This document shows positions 12,771-24,900 of a DNA stretch of 64,000 nt, piece by piece. The stretch's first letter is position 1; the number at the start of each line of letters is the position of its first letter. The notes beneath the pieces are model-generated. The model did not search any database, was not told the origin of the DNA, and was given only the letters and a program-made list of their open reading frames with translations. The translations under genes were made by a program, and so were the position numbers. Origin of the DNA: Macrostomum hystrix (taxonomy: Eukaryota; Animalia; Platyhelminthes); contig CATNEN010000001.1 of NCBI GenBank assembly GCA_950097015.1, positions 13,082,001 through 13,146,000 of the forward strand, read 5' to 3'.

Positions 12771-15643
12771 ATGCCAATGAGATGCTGCATACCAAAATGT
12801 AGAGGCAACCATGCTAGTGAATCTGATAAGGTTTCAGTCTATGGTTTCCCTACTAACCTGGATGATCTAAAGAGATGGAGCAATGCCCTTCCAAGTCAGA
12901 TTAAGGTATATCTATATATGTAGTCTTTAGGTTGTTACATTTGAAGGATTTAAATTATTTGGTCTATTGAACCTCTCAATTCACCTAACTTACAGACAGT
13001 TACCAAATTCATGGGCATATGCCAGCGTCATTGGCCTAAAGATGTGCCCATGCTAAAAGTGAAGCGCTTTACTCGACCTGCTGTTCCTCCATCTATATTC
13101 CCCAATGTATTGAAGAGCTCCTTGAGGCAGACTCTTTCAAGTGAGTATGCCACAAGTATTATTCTTTTTTCTCTGCATACTATGCAATATGCATGTCACA
13201 TGGACAAATCTCTCACTATTGTGCCTATCTTCAGAGGTATCCCGAAATGCTGCAAAACGTGGAGTTTTGCTTGCCAAACGAACAGAGCTTCCTGATGAAC
13301 TTGAGAAGTTCAATGCTGGTGACAAGATCTGCTCGTACAATGATTTGGCCAACACTGCTGGCCTTCTCGAGTTTGTTGAAAATCATGGGTGGCTTGTCCA
13401 GCGGGAAGAAGCAAAGCTTCACTTCATTATTATTCGGGACCTGACAATTGAATTTTCTGTGACAGTTCGAGATGACCTCACTGTCTCGGCACATCGGAGG
13501 AACACATCGATTCCAGTACACGACCTACTTGGATTTCAACACCGCTTGGAACGCCTCAGCCAGTTGGAGGCCATTGTCAATCGTGTCAGACAAGCTAGTA
13601 TCGTTGTGACTGATGAGATATCTAGTCATGTGACTGCGATGCAGGCTCTCAGTTGCGAATCTGGTGACTTTCGACAGCAGTTCCTTCTGCGCCAGTTGAA
13701 TCTAGGAACAAAACAGTCAACTGGACGGCGCTACTCGTCAGAGGACATTCCAACCGCTGCTAGATTGCTTTTTGCAGGGAGGCATGCGTATCGCACCTTG
13801 CGAGACATAATATCAGTACCACATGAAGTTACTATACAACGTCATCTGGGAGGCCTTGGTACAATAGCCAGCGATGAGGACTGTCGGTTGATCGTGCAGG
13901 CTCAATTTGAACGTGCCACGACCTCACAGAGATGCTGCTCCATCATTTTCGACGAGGTTTATGTGCTGCCCTCAGTTAGACTTCGCGGCTGCCATCTGGT
14001 TGGCTACGCTGAGGACGACCCAACAAAGCTGGCTCGCACAGTTTTGGCTATCATGGTCAGACCGCTCATGGGTGCAGCTTCATTTGTGGCCAGGCTTGTG
14101 CCCATCTACAGTCTCAAGCATGACTTTCTTCACATTCAACTAACGCGTCTCATTTCAATTATTCACGCATGTGAGGGAACAGTGATCAATCTCATATGCG
14201 ACAATCACTTCGTAAACCGCAATTGTTTTGAGCTGTTTCAGCCTGACCCATCTGAGCCTTGGAGGGCAGTGAATCCGGCTAACAACGAACTTCCCCTCTT
14301 TTTGCTGTATGACACTGTACATCTTTTAAAGAACATACGCAACAATTGGTTTACGCAAGCTTACGGTGAAGTGGAATTTCGTCTAACACCCGAATCAACA
14401 ACATTACGCGCAAGATGGAGCCACATTGTCGACATTGAGGAGCGTTGTCGAGGACATGTCGTCCGTCCTACAACACTGAGCGCCGTTGCCTGCAATCCAG
14501 CACTGATAGAACGCCAGGTGTCCCTAGTCTTAGATGTATTCCATGAGAAGACCGTCGCAGCTCTACGTGTTAGCGGATACTGCGATACTGCTGATTTCGT
14601 TAGTCGCGTAGTTGACTTTTGGAAAATTGTAAACGTGAAGACTCCAGAGTCACACATTCTCCTGAATGACGCCAGAAGAGCTCCAATTGCGTCGGACAAT
14701 TCACCAAACTTGATGTTTCTACTGCAATTTGCATGCATGATTGAGCAAATGCCAGGTGGGCGAGGTCCAGGGCGACCACGTTCTCTAACGACTGACACGC
14801 GGAAGGCCATCGTTCAGACTGCCAGAGGGCTGGTCGATCTCTCAAGACACCTGCTGTCACGCTATTCATTCACATACGTTCTTCTGGGTAAGAAAGTAAG
14901 ACAGTCAATGCTCTATTTAACTCGTAAAGTAAGTCTTTAAATTCGTTTCGATCTTCATTTCAATTTTATACACAGGTGCATTGCAGTCGGACCGACTCGA
15001 AGGCGAGTTTTCGATATATCGTCAAGGGCACGGCGGCTGTTATTTTATTTCAGTGGAGCAGATTCTACTTAGTGCCAAACTGCGTCGCATGCAACTGTAT
15101 TCTCAAATCAAAGGTGACGTTCCACAACACGCAAAAGCTGCCTGCTGCGATAGAAACCTTACAGATGACGAGATGGCGCGACTGGACGACTTGCCTACGA
15201 AGACCAGCAGTATCGCAGAGGAAGAGGGAGCAGCTATTTACTATATTTGCGGCTACATTTCGCGCAAGGCAAACGTAATGCAGACGGACGCATCATATGA
15301 CGCTGAGGAGACAAGTGACTACAACCCGTGTAGTGAATTTACGAATCTGCTTTCAAGAGGTAAGCTGCGCCAACCACCCGAGTGGCTAGTCGTCTTTGCC
15401 TCCATGTGCTACGTCCTGTTTTTGCAACTTGACTGTCGTTGTGCCAATCGTATGGTTCTGCTATTTTCCGCAGTCTTTGAGACGTACTTTGACATTCACA
15501 CCAGCGTCGATCTTGTATCTGACATATCGAGACGCCTAGCCAACTCATTTTTTAAAGGTCTAGTGCGACGTGAATCAGCATTGCCTCGCAGTCAAGTCAG
15601 CAGAAGTTCGCGCAGGCTGCAGAAACTGAGTCCCAATGTTTAA
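12771..15643 (+). CDS. P-element (THAP9-like) transposase, 4 exons: 12771-12905, 12996-13140, 13235-14887, 14976-15643 (~866 aa)
   Basis: GT-AG introns keep the frame (2601 nt). THAP domain MPMRCCIPKC...FP...W...CQRHW...AVPPSIF; motifs IIFDEVYV, LICDNHFVN, YDTVHLLKNIRNN, LQSDRLEGEFSIYRQGHGG, YYICGYI, LSRGKL. Confidence 0.9.
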
Positions 15644-17446
15644 AACCCAATTAACAGTTTTTTCTATTTAAACCTGAAACACTTACCATACCATAAACCC
15701 AACAGGGACACAAAACCTGATCTAGCATTACCCCAAAGACATAAAATAATTTGTACCTGCGAAAACGACATCATTAGGTTAGCAGCTAACTATCCTATGG
15801 GAAGCACTTTTGGACTGCCTTCCTGGTGTTGCATTCCATACACATCCAACTGCTTGGTTAGTTAGAACAGGATGAGGGCTTGGGATAAGGGGAAGGGACA
15901 AAGAAATGGAAACTAATTTTCACTGAACAGGTCATTGTATTGTAATAACGTTTCTATCGTCAATATTTCCATTAAATAATAACATTTACTGTCTCAGTAG
16001 AAACAGACCCAAATTGTGAGATTAGCTATCAGAGTAAAACAAGTAAATCAGAACAGTTAATTATAAGGTATATAGGAAACTGTATATTAACTATAATAAA
16101 ATAATTAATGCAATAACTGATGATATAAATAGCATTTAAGAAGGGCCTACTACACATTAAGCTTCATTTTCTACAGCTACTCCTTGCCAACTAAGCCCCT
16201 CCCTTCAGGTGTCATGGAGTTTTCTCTTTGTGACTTATAATATAATTGGTATAATAAGTTGTGAGTTTTAGTATATTGGATATGTGCATTCCAGCAAACA
16301 TGTAGCAAATTTATCCCTTTTTTAAAGTTTAAGTGTTCTAGTTTTTTTCTTATTCTATGCCTCATTTTGTTATTATACACAACTACCAGTATATATGCCT
16401 GATTATACATCAGAGTTTTGAATCATTGTGTGTTTAAAGTTTGCATTTTTGTTTTTGCTTTTTCATATTTTAACTATCCATTTGTTGACAGTTTGTCATT
16501 AAAAGTTAATACACTTTATCAGTAGCATTATAGCTACCATCTACTTACTGAGTCTCAGTTCAAAGCACCATATTTACACATGTCTTCTAGTGCTGTCATT
16601 GTGTCAGTTTTTTTCCAAAATTGAAACTGAACTGCAAGTACAACTTTCACTGCAAAAAGTCTATGGGTGATTTGAAATGTCATCTTAACAACTTAAAGTT
16701 TGAAAAGCTTGAAATGGCACAAAACGTATACTACTATGTAATTTAATAGTTAGTGCCAATTTGAAATTTCAAGGTCTTCAAATAGGCCTATGTCTTCAAA
16801 TTGAGACAAGTACTAATTGTACTATATGCTGATAGGCCTACTCTAATAGAAAGGGAGTTACTGTATTATGTGTCAGAACTGGCATAAGATTGGAGTTGTT
16901 GGATTTAATATCCGCAATCTGGAAGAACTAAGTTGTAATCTAAGAGAACTAAGTCACATTTTTATAGAAAACTAAGTTGCACCAGAGCCTATATATCAGT
17001 ATACCTACCAGAGCATATATACTGATCCTAGCTATAATTACAATTTCTGTTTTTGTATGCAATTGCACCAAACATACTCGTAGTAATCAGATATTTGCAG
17101 AAATCTGAAAAATTACTTTATTTTAATAGCCATTGTTTATTTAAATACAATAGCTAGCATGTGATTCTATAGACTACATTAGAAAATGAGATATACATTA
17201 TATACATAGCTAGAAAGTTTAAGTTTAAGATGAATTAAATGTACAAATGGTGAGTGGAATGCCTCCTGTTGTTGCTTACTGAGCTATGTTTCTTGGTAGT
17301 AAGCTTCTTATAGCTGCAATCTATTCAGCTTAAAATTTGCTTACCAACAATAAACTATTAACTCAATTCCAGGCACAGCATGGGACTTCATGTACTCGTA
17401 GAATAAGATATACTTACCTACTATTTAATACTAACTAACTAACTAG

Positions 17447-18353
17447 TAGGGGTCCCAAATCCCGGACATTTTACAATCCCGGGATCCCGGACAAAAAAAT
17501 GACCCAATCCCAGAATCCCGGGCCAATCCCGGGATTGAACAAACAAATTTACCGGAAGCTTTCCATTGTCCAAAAAAACAAATTTCTCAACCAATTGAGC
17601 ATCATTTGGGTTTCTACTTTCCAGCTTTCACTGCATTGATAAAAGAGTTAAAGATGGTTCATATCACTTATCCTTGGTCACTTATTTCTTGTTGTCACAA
17701 TTGTCACATTCCTTCCTTCCATCGATGGATTTGATGCAATATATTTCCATCCATATTTCCATTTCCAAGTACATAGAATTGACATTTGATTTGATACTAT
17801 AGCAGTCAGCACGCAAGCTACTTTTTGTGGTCAGCAAAGTGGGCTCTCAGCAGGGCAAGCTTGGAGAGTGTCGTGTCGCTCAGCCCAAGGTCATGACTCA
17901 TGAGTCTTGGCTTTCTAATCCTTGTGCGATGTTCAGCAGTGTTCAGTGTTCACTATCCATGTACAGTTGTACATACATACTAAACAACACCCTCCTCACC
18001 CCTTGGATTAGAAGGTTAGAAATTAGAACTGCATACACTGCGCTGGTGCCTCTGCCCCCAACACAGACAACCTCACGCACACAGAGGCGCAGACTCAGCA
18101 GAACCCAGTCCCCACCCCACCCCACCCCCTTTTTCTGCCTCATTTCTTTTCCTTAGTTGCGGGCATTCGGCGTGGCCCGGGCCAGTGGGCCCAGTCACCC
18201 CAGTGTCCATCTAGGCCATCGGCCATCGCCATGTGAATTCCAATCCCGTGTTTACCGGGATCCCGGACCCCTAATCCCGGGATCTCGAACACTAACAAAA
18301 AGCCGGGATCCTGGGGATCCCGGGATCCCGGGATCCCGGGATTGGGACCCCTA
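17447..18353. mobile_element. Non-autonomous hAT-type element nested in the P element
   Basis: TIRs TAGGGGTCCCAA(A)TCCCGG / CCGGGATTGGGACCCCTA; perfect 8-bp TSD CTAACTAG; many subterminal (a)tcccggga repeats; no transposase. Confidence 0.88.
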
Positions 18354-21159
18354 CTAACTAGTTACGACGAATTAAAACTGCAAAAAATATATTAGTTGGT
18401 TTTTGAGTTGATCAGCCATTAGGGCAGAGCTTCAATGCTTTCTATCTGTAGTGCATTTGCATTCTACTGTGGTTTGGTATATTCAAACTAAAATAATGAT
18501 AACACCAATTTGAAAAAATCTTATATGTCAATAGAGCAGAATGCGAAGCACAAAATATTCTAATTTGAATATTCTCTGACACTGTTAGGAGACACAATCA
18601 CTGTTTTAGTGTTGAAACATGTGAAATTTCCTATCTTCGTAGTGTATTTTTCTGGGAAAACCTGCCTTCAAAACTATTTCCATGAAACACGAGTGTAGCG
18701 TCCTACTACTTAAGTAGTCCTTGGAGAACTATTATTTGCTGCCCCAAAATGATTATGGCTTTTTGCATGTCGTCTTTACTGTTATTCTATGTTAATATAC
18801 ACGAGGTGCAATTTTGGTTTGGGATATTTATAAACAGTGTAGTATCATTAGTATCATTCGTTTTTTACAAATTACATCAAAATGGCACAAATGTCCAAAT
18901 CCCACTCCCAATATCGAGAGGTACAGCAAAGACTAAGTAGAATAGGTAGGCGTATCCAAATCAAGCATTTGAATATCATAAGACTTTAATCTCATATGCT
19001 CTTGTCTCAGAAGTATATTCTTACTTTTTTTTTATAACCTCGCCTTCAAATATATTGGATATATCTTGTTTTAAAAGATATTTTGGGAAAGTTGCCAATA
19101 TTCTAAATAGCCTTTGTCTTGTTTCTTCAAGCCAAAACTTCTGGTGGCAGCAACTTAATCCTAAATTATAGAACAGAGAGAGGAAGTCGATCAGGTTGAG
19201 TTTCCCTGGTATGCTTAGCTGGTATACCAAATTGCCTTGACCACTATTGGAAGTATATTAGATAGATTAAAACCAGCGCTTACTCAAAGCGGACACTGTC
19301 AATTTAGTCTCTTAATTTAATCCAATTTAAATAAATTGGTGGCCACTTAGGCATGTCGCAAACTCTTGAAACATCTATCTGACACTTTGGGGTTCAGAGC
19401 AGTATTGATAGACTCGGGTCTATCTGCCAATATAATCATTTAAGAACATAGGGCTTATAATTTATGTAAGCAACTAATAGCTAAATCACTAGATCTTTAG
19501 TGGGCCACTTGTCTCTTAGTATATGAGACTTAGTGGCACCAAACCCAAAACAAAATTGGCTTACATAGTAACATATCAGCAGAGGTAGACAGCAAAAAGA
19601 GGCCTACAACACATAACTGATAATAAATGTAGACTGATAATATATGCTAGGCCTACTATAAAGTAATTTAAGTTATGTAGTATATATAAGAAGTGTTATA
19701 CTATACTAGATGAAAATATATAAAAATTATTTTTATTTGAAGAGCCTTGCAAAATTTGTGAAAATTCATAATCGAGATTTCTGAATATCAACCAGACATC
19801 AATAGCTGATAAGGCTATATAATAAATAAGATAAAAACTACCACTGCCCGACTGTAGTCTATTGCAGTCTACTGAGAATTACAATTACAAACTTGCTGAG
19901 AACTCAACTGTAACCCCAAATGGCTTAAGTGAAAAAATGCTAGCAGGGACACATACCCTTAAATGAAAAATTTCAGATACAGTCATCAAAAGGCTCATAC
20001 TAATAAGTAAACATATTGCTAAATATATTTTGTTATGTAGCTCATATACTGCAATTTCATAAATTAGGCCTAATACAATTTAATAATTATATTTTCATTT
20101 TAAATCTATAATAAAATTTTTCTGGACACCCTAAGAAATAACAAAGTAGGCACATCAGTAGCTTCAAAAACAACTTTATTCCACAAAGGTATAAAGCGGT
20201 AAAGTGAAATGAAAAAGTTCATAGAGTAGGCCTAAGCAGAACAAAGTCAGGCCCTTTTGTTAGGCCTATGTCAAATCAGTTTAGTTCTGATCATTACTAT
20301 CATACATGCATACAACACCCGGCCGACCCGGCCAAACCAATCGACCAAGTGCAAAAAAATCAAAGGGGGGACCAAGGGACAAAAAAGGAAGGCGTGAAGA
20401 AAAGGAAAAAGGGGAGAGAAAAAGAGCAAATGAGAGCAAACTAAGTGGTAAATAGAGCAATGAAACGAACTAAGTCGCAAATGAGAGCAAAAACTAAGTC
20501 GCAAGGCCGGCTAAGATTTGGGAGGTTGCGCATGTATGATTACTATACCTATTCTCTTTTTGAAGTTACCTTTACACTTTTTCGACACCTGATGCACAGT
20601 AAGTGTATATATATGTATTGCAGTTGCAGAGATACAGCACAGCTCAAAGCGCAAGGCAGGCATAAACAATTTATGAATTGTAAGATGTATCAACTCAAAT
20701 CTTTATATTTGTTTATTACTTGCTTGTTGTTCTAAGACTGTCAAGTTTCTTGCGATTTGTTGGACAGAGCCAGAGTGTTAGTTTTATCAGGAGTATAAAT
20801 CGAATATGCATCGCTGCGAGTCTGCGACGTATGTTAACTACGACTACAGAGGCGAAGCGGCCTGATAATTCCTGATGTTTCCTGCGGAAACACTGCTTGC
20901 GGAAATACCGCCCAAAGTATGTATTTATTGTACACGGGCGGTGTAGAGCCTGCCCGGTGTAGCTCATTCGTATGAGCTACACTACTCTCTGGGCGGTGTA
21001 GAGCGGATTTGCATTAGCATGGCGGCGTACATTAAGCAGAACGGGAGAACGGACCCATAGGATACTAAGCAGAAGATGAGAGGTGATTGTGGAGGCGCAC
21101 TCTTGGTTAGGTGAGAGAGCAGCAGAACTCACATTACTTGCTCACTTGGTACATGCCTA

Positions 21160-21576
21160 GGTCCCAGGTCATTTCAGTGACAAGACATTTCGGTGACAGT
21201 CATTTTGGTGACAGAATTGGTCAGTTCGGTGACAACTATTTTTGCACCTAAATATGCTAAAAAACAGCCTTCCATTTTAACTATGCACACTTATAAAGTA
21301 TTAATTAAATAATGCTATAAGTAATAATAAGAAGCTGCATCGCTCTGATCAAGTCTGGGTTTTACTTTAAATGAGTTTAATTATTTAATTATTTAATAAG
21401 TAGTCAATAGTTCAATAGTTATTCGTTCCTAATAAAATGTGTATAATAATCTTTTTTCAAGTTTTGGATTGACAAGGCGAGTGCAGCTGCTGGATCGTGG
21501 AAGGCTGTTTTCTCAGCATATTTAGGTCTGACTAATTGTGTCACCGAAATGACTGTCACCGAAATGACCTGGGACC
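21160..21576. mobile_element. MITE with GG...CC ends
   Basis: TIR ggtcccaggtcatttc(a/g)gtgaca / tgtcaccgaaatgacctgggacc; tandem subterminal catttcggtgaca units; flanks catgccta/catgcctt (7 of 8 match). Confidence 0.8.
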
Positions 21577-21734
21577 CATGCCTTTATACAAGCGTCCTAC
21601 TTTTTAGTAGCCTCTTTTGCTGGTCTATCATGTTTTCCGTTTCACCTTCATATTGTTGAAAAGTTATTGTATACCTGTTCTAACCTGTCCGCGGAACTGT
21701 TCAGTTTTATCCATGCATTGATTTCTGAGAAAGC

Positions 21735-21960
21735 TGTCGGATTCATCTGGCAATCCTCCACGTTAATTCAAGCTTGCCCTACTGCGCTAAATTTAGCTCC
21801 TTGTTACACCTTGTTTACCCATAGACACCCCCAGCCTCAACTGTACTCTTAAATTAAATACAAAGTCGCCCAGCCGTTCCCCAAAAGAAACTACACACAC
21901 GTAGTTCGTTCTAGCAACTTAAGCTTAACATAAAGCCTTTGTCTCAGTCAGTTGACGACA
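21735..21960 (+). repeat. 5' LTR of BEL/Pao element
   Basis: Direct repeat of 27735-27960 with TG...CA ends. Confidence 0.95.
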
Positions 21961-21963
21961 AAT

Positions 21964-21981
21964 TGGTAGCAGAGCGTGGTT
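21964..21981 (+). promoter_or_regulatory. Primer-binding site complementary to initiator tRNA-Met 3' end
   Basis: TGGTAGCAGAGCGTGGTT, 3 nt after the 5' LTR. Confidence 0.85.
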
Positions 21982-21998
21982 TGTTTGGCACCAAGGCA

Positions 21999-24900
21999 AT
22001 GGTCAATACTCGCGCGACCTCAGCCGAGACTGGGGATACAACCGACCCGATTTCTGGGGATCACGCAGGACAGGAGCAAGCAACGGGAGGGGCGACCGCT
22101 GGACCATCGGCACCACTGCTTCAGCCGACAGTTGCCGGCCAGCCGCCAGCCAACCAGGACATGCTTCAGCACCTACTCGGCGTCATGGTCACCATGATGC
22201 AGCAAAACCAGCAACTACTTACTCAGCTTCAAAGCCAGACAGCGGCAGCCCCACCGGCGCCAGCGGCGGTGCCAGATGCGAACCCACTGCCCACGGCCCG
22301 CCGCCCGGCTTCCTTCGTCGGCGACAGCGTCCTGCGCAACGCACGACTACCGACATTCGATGGTGAGGACCCCGCCGCATTCCCAGCGTTCTGGGGCGCG
22401 TTCGATCATCGAATTCATGCCCTAGAAATGTCTCCCGTCGACAAGTTTGAGGTCCTTCGAGGTCTCCTCACGGGGGCCGCGTTGCGGAAGCTCGGAGGTC
22501 TGGACGCTTGCCAGCCCGGCGCGTACGAGGAGGCGCGGCGGATTCTGGAATATAACTACGGCGATTTGCAAGAGCAGAAGAGCGCATGCTACAAACGCCT
22601 CCTGGACATGCCACGTCTCAACGACGTCGACTTCCGAACGCTGGAACCCTTCGCGGACGCACTTCGTCTCACTGTGGGTCAGCTTGCCCGGCTGCAGGAG
22701 CCGGAAGCGGCGATGGACGCATACATCCACGCCTTGTGGCCGAAGTTACCTATCGCGCTCCGGACAGACATTCAGGACGCCCGCATTAAAGCCACTCAGT
22801 CGCCCATGCCCACTATGACCGACTTGCAAGGACACTTGGACGCGAAGCTACGCGTTCTCCGTGCCGCCAGGACTGTGACAAACGAAGCTCCAGCCGAAGC
22901 ACCCTACTCCGGTGCCAGTCTCCTCGGCGCGGCATCAAACTCTTGCCCACCGGCCGCGCAGAACTCAGGACGCAGCTACGCCGCCGGCAGACATCAGCAT
23001 GGCCCTAGTCGCAAAAACACCATCCGCTGTCAGGATATCGCCGGATGCGTCTACTGCGACCAGAGCGGTCACAATGCGTCTCGCTGTGACCGTGTCACCC
23101 AGCCCGAGGACCGATTCAGTGCTGTCCGACGGAAGAAACTGTGTTTCAATTGCCTTGGGGATCACGAGGCACGGCATTGCCCCTCTTCCAGCCGGTGCCG
23201 CAAGTGCGGCTCCAAGCACCATACCTCTCTTCATGGCGCTTACCCGAGGGAACCCGCCATCCAAACTGGAGCAGGCCCCTCGGCGCACTCGCGAAGGCCG
23301 CATCAGCCGATAGTCAATTCGCATCTCAGTGGCATTTCCCCCCTTGTGGAATCGACGGAGGATTCATCCGGCCCTGTTCACGCCATCTCCTGCGTCTCGT
23401 CCGCGCAGGATAGCCTCCTTCAGCCCATAGTGATGGCCACCTTCTCTGCTCCAGCTGTGAACCCGGCAACTGGGGATTCGGCTCCGATCACGGCCCTTAT
23501 CGATGGCGGTTGCAGCTACACCTACCTTCGAGGCGACATAGCCCGGCGAATCGGCCTCCAGTCCCTCGGTACAATCAGCCTTGACAGCTCTGCGTGTCAT
23601 GCCGAATCTCGCCGTCGCGTGCACGCCAACATTGTTCGCCTGGAATTAGCCACACTGGATGGTCGACGCATGCCGCTGAAGGTGCTCTCAGTCGAGAGGA
23701 TTGCTCCAGCCATTCACTTACAGGCGCTACAGCTTCCGAAAGATATTCTAACAACCCTCGCCCATCTGCCTCTTGGGATTGCCAATGCACCCCCGATGGT
23801 GGACAAGGAGGTGGACCTGGATCTGCTGATTGGAAATGATTATGCACAGTTACTCGTAGGCCCGAGCGTTGGTGCAATACCCCTACGTCGCAGCTTCACC
23901 GCTCACCTGACCCCGTTTGGAGCTGTCCTTACCGGCTCCCTCACAGGAACCTCGGACACCCATGCCATCTGCACCCGGGCCACCGAACTCCTCTGTACCG
24001 GGCGCCTCATCGTCAACTCACTCCACGGCTTGACAGAGCAACCTGTCCCGGACAACCTGTCCCATCTGGAGCTACTTGTAGATAGGATGACCAGTCTCGA
24101 GATCCTCGGTCTGGGTCCAAACACAGAACGGACCACGCAAAGCGAAGATCTCCAGACCAAGCGCCTTCTGGATTCTGCCACTCGGGAACCCGATGGCCGT
24201 TTCTCAGTCGCTCTCCCCTTCAAGCCAGGAGCCGAGCAGCTTCCTTCGAATTTCGGCCAAGCCTATGGCCGTGCTCGCGCAGTTCACAACCGCCTGGATC
24301 TCTTGCAACGCATGAAGTACTACGCTGAGTTCGAGAAACGTAAAACCGAGGGCGTACTCGAGATCGTCGACAGTCGGTCGCCACCTGGACCGATCGTTCA
24401 CGTCCTACCTCACTTCCCGGTGATAAAGGAATCAAGTAACACAACAAAAATACGACCCGTCGTTGACGCCTCCGCTCCGACATCCCTTGGAGGCAGCTGC
24501 TTGAATGACCTCCTGGAGACTGGACCAAACCTCCTAACCGACCTTCTCCAGGTCCAGCTCCGTCTACGAGTCTACGAATACGCCTGCGTCAGCGACATCC
24601 AGTCTGCATTCTATCAGATAATGGTACACCCCGGGTGTCGAGACGCTCTACGCATCATCCTGCCGAGAGACATCGCCAAGCCACTCGACCAAGACAGCAT
24701 GCAGCTTTGGCGCTTCACGCGGATCGTAATGGGCGCCAGCCCATCACCCTGGATCCTTCTCACGGTGATCCACAAACTCTGCGCCGACGCCATCGCCGGT
24801 GGAACCCACCGTTTCGGACTCCACAAGGGCGAGGTTGAATCTATCCCTTCTGGGCTCTACATGGATAACCTCGTGCAAGGCTACGATTGCAAGACCGAGG

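Larger units (their letters stand above)
11592..18723 (+). mobile_element. Complete P-superfamily DNA transposon
   Basis: Ends CAAGGACTACT...AGTAGTCCTTG; TIRs 11592-11799 and 18524-18723; perfect 8-bp TSD GAGAACTA (11584-11591 and 18724-18731); contains a THAP/P transposase gene. Confidence 0.93.

Noticed and set aside
21939-21998. N-terminal extension of the BEL/Pao ORF from a TTG start
   Set aside because: Begins inside the LTR and crosses the PBS; the first ATG is at 21999.
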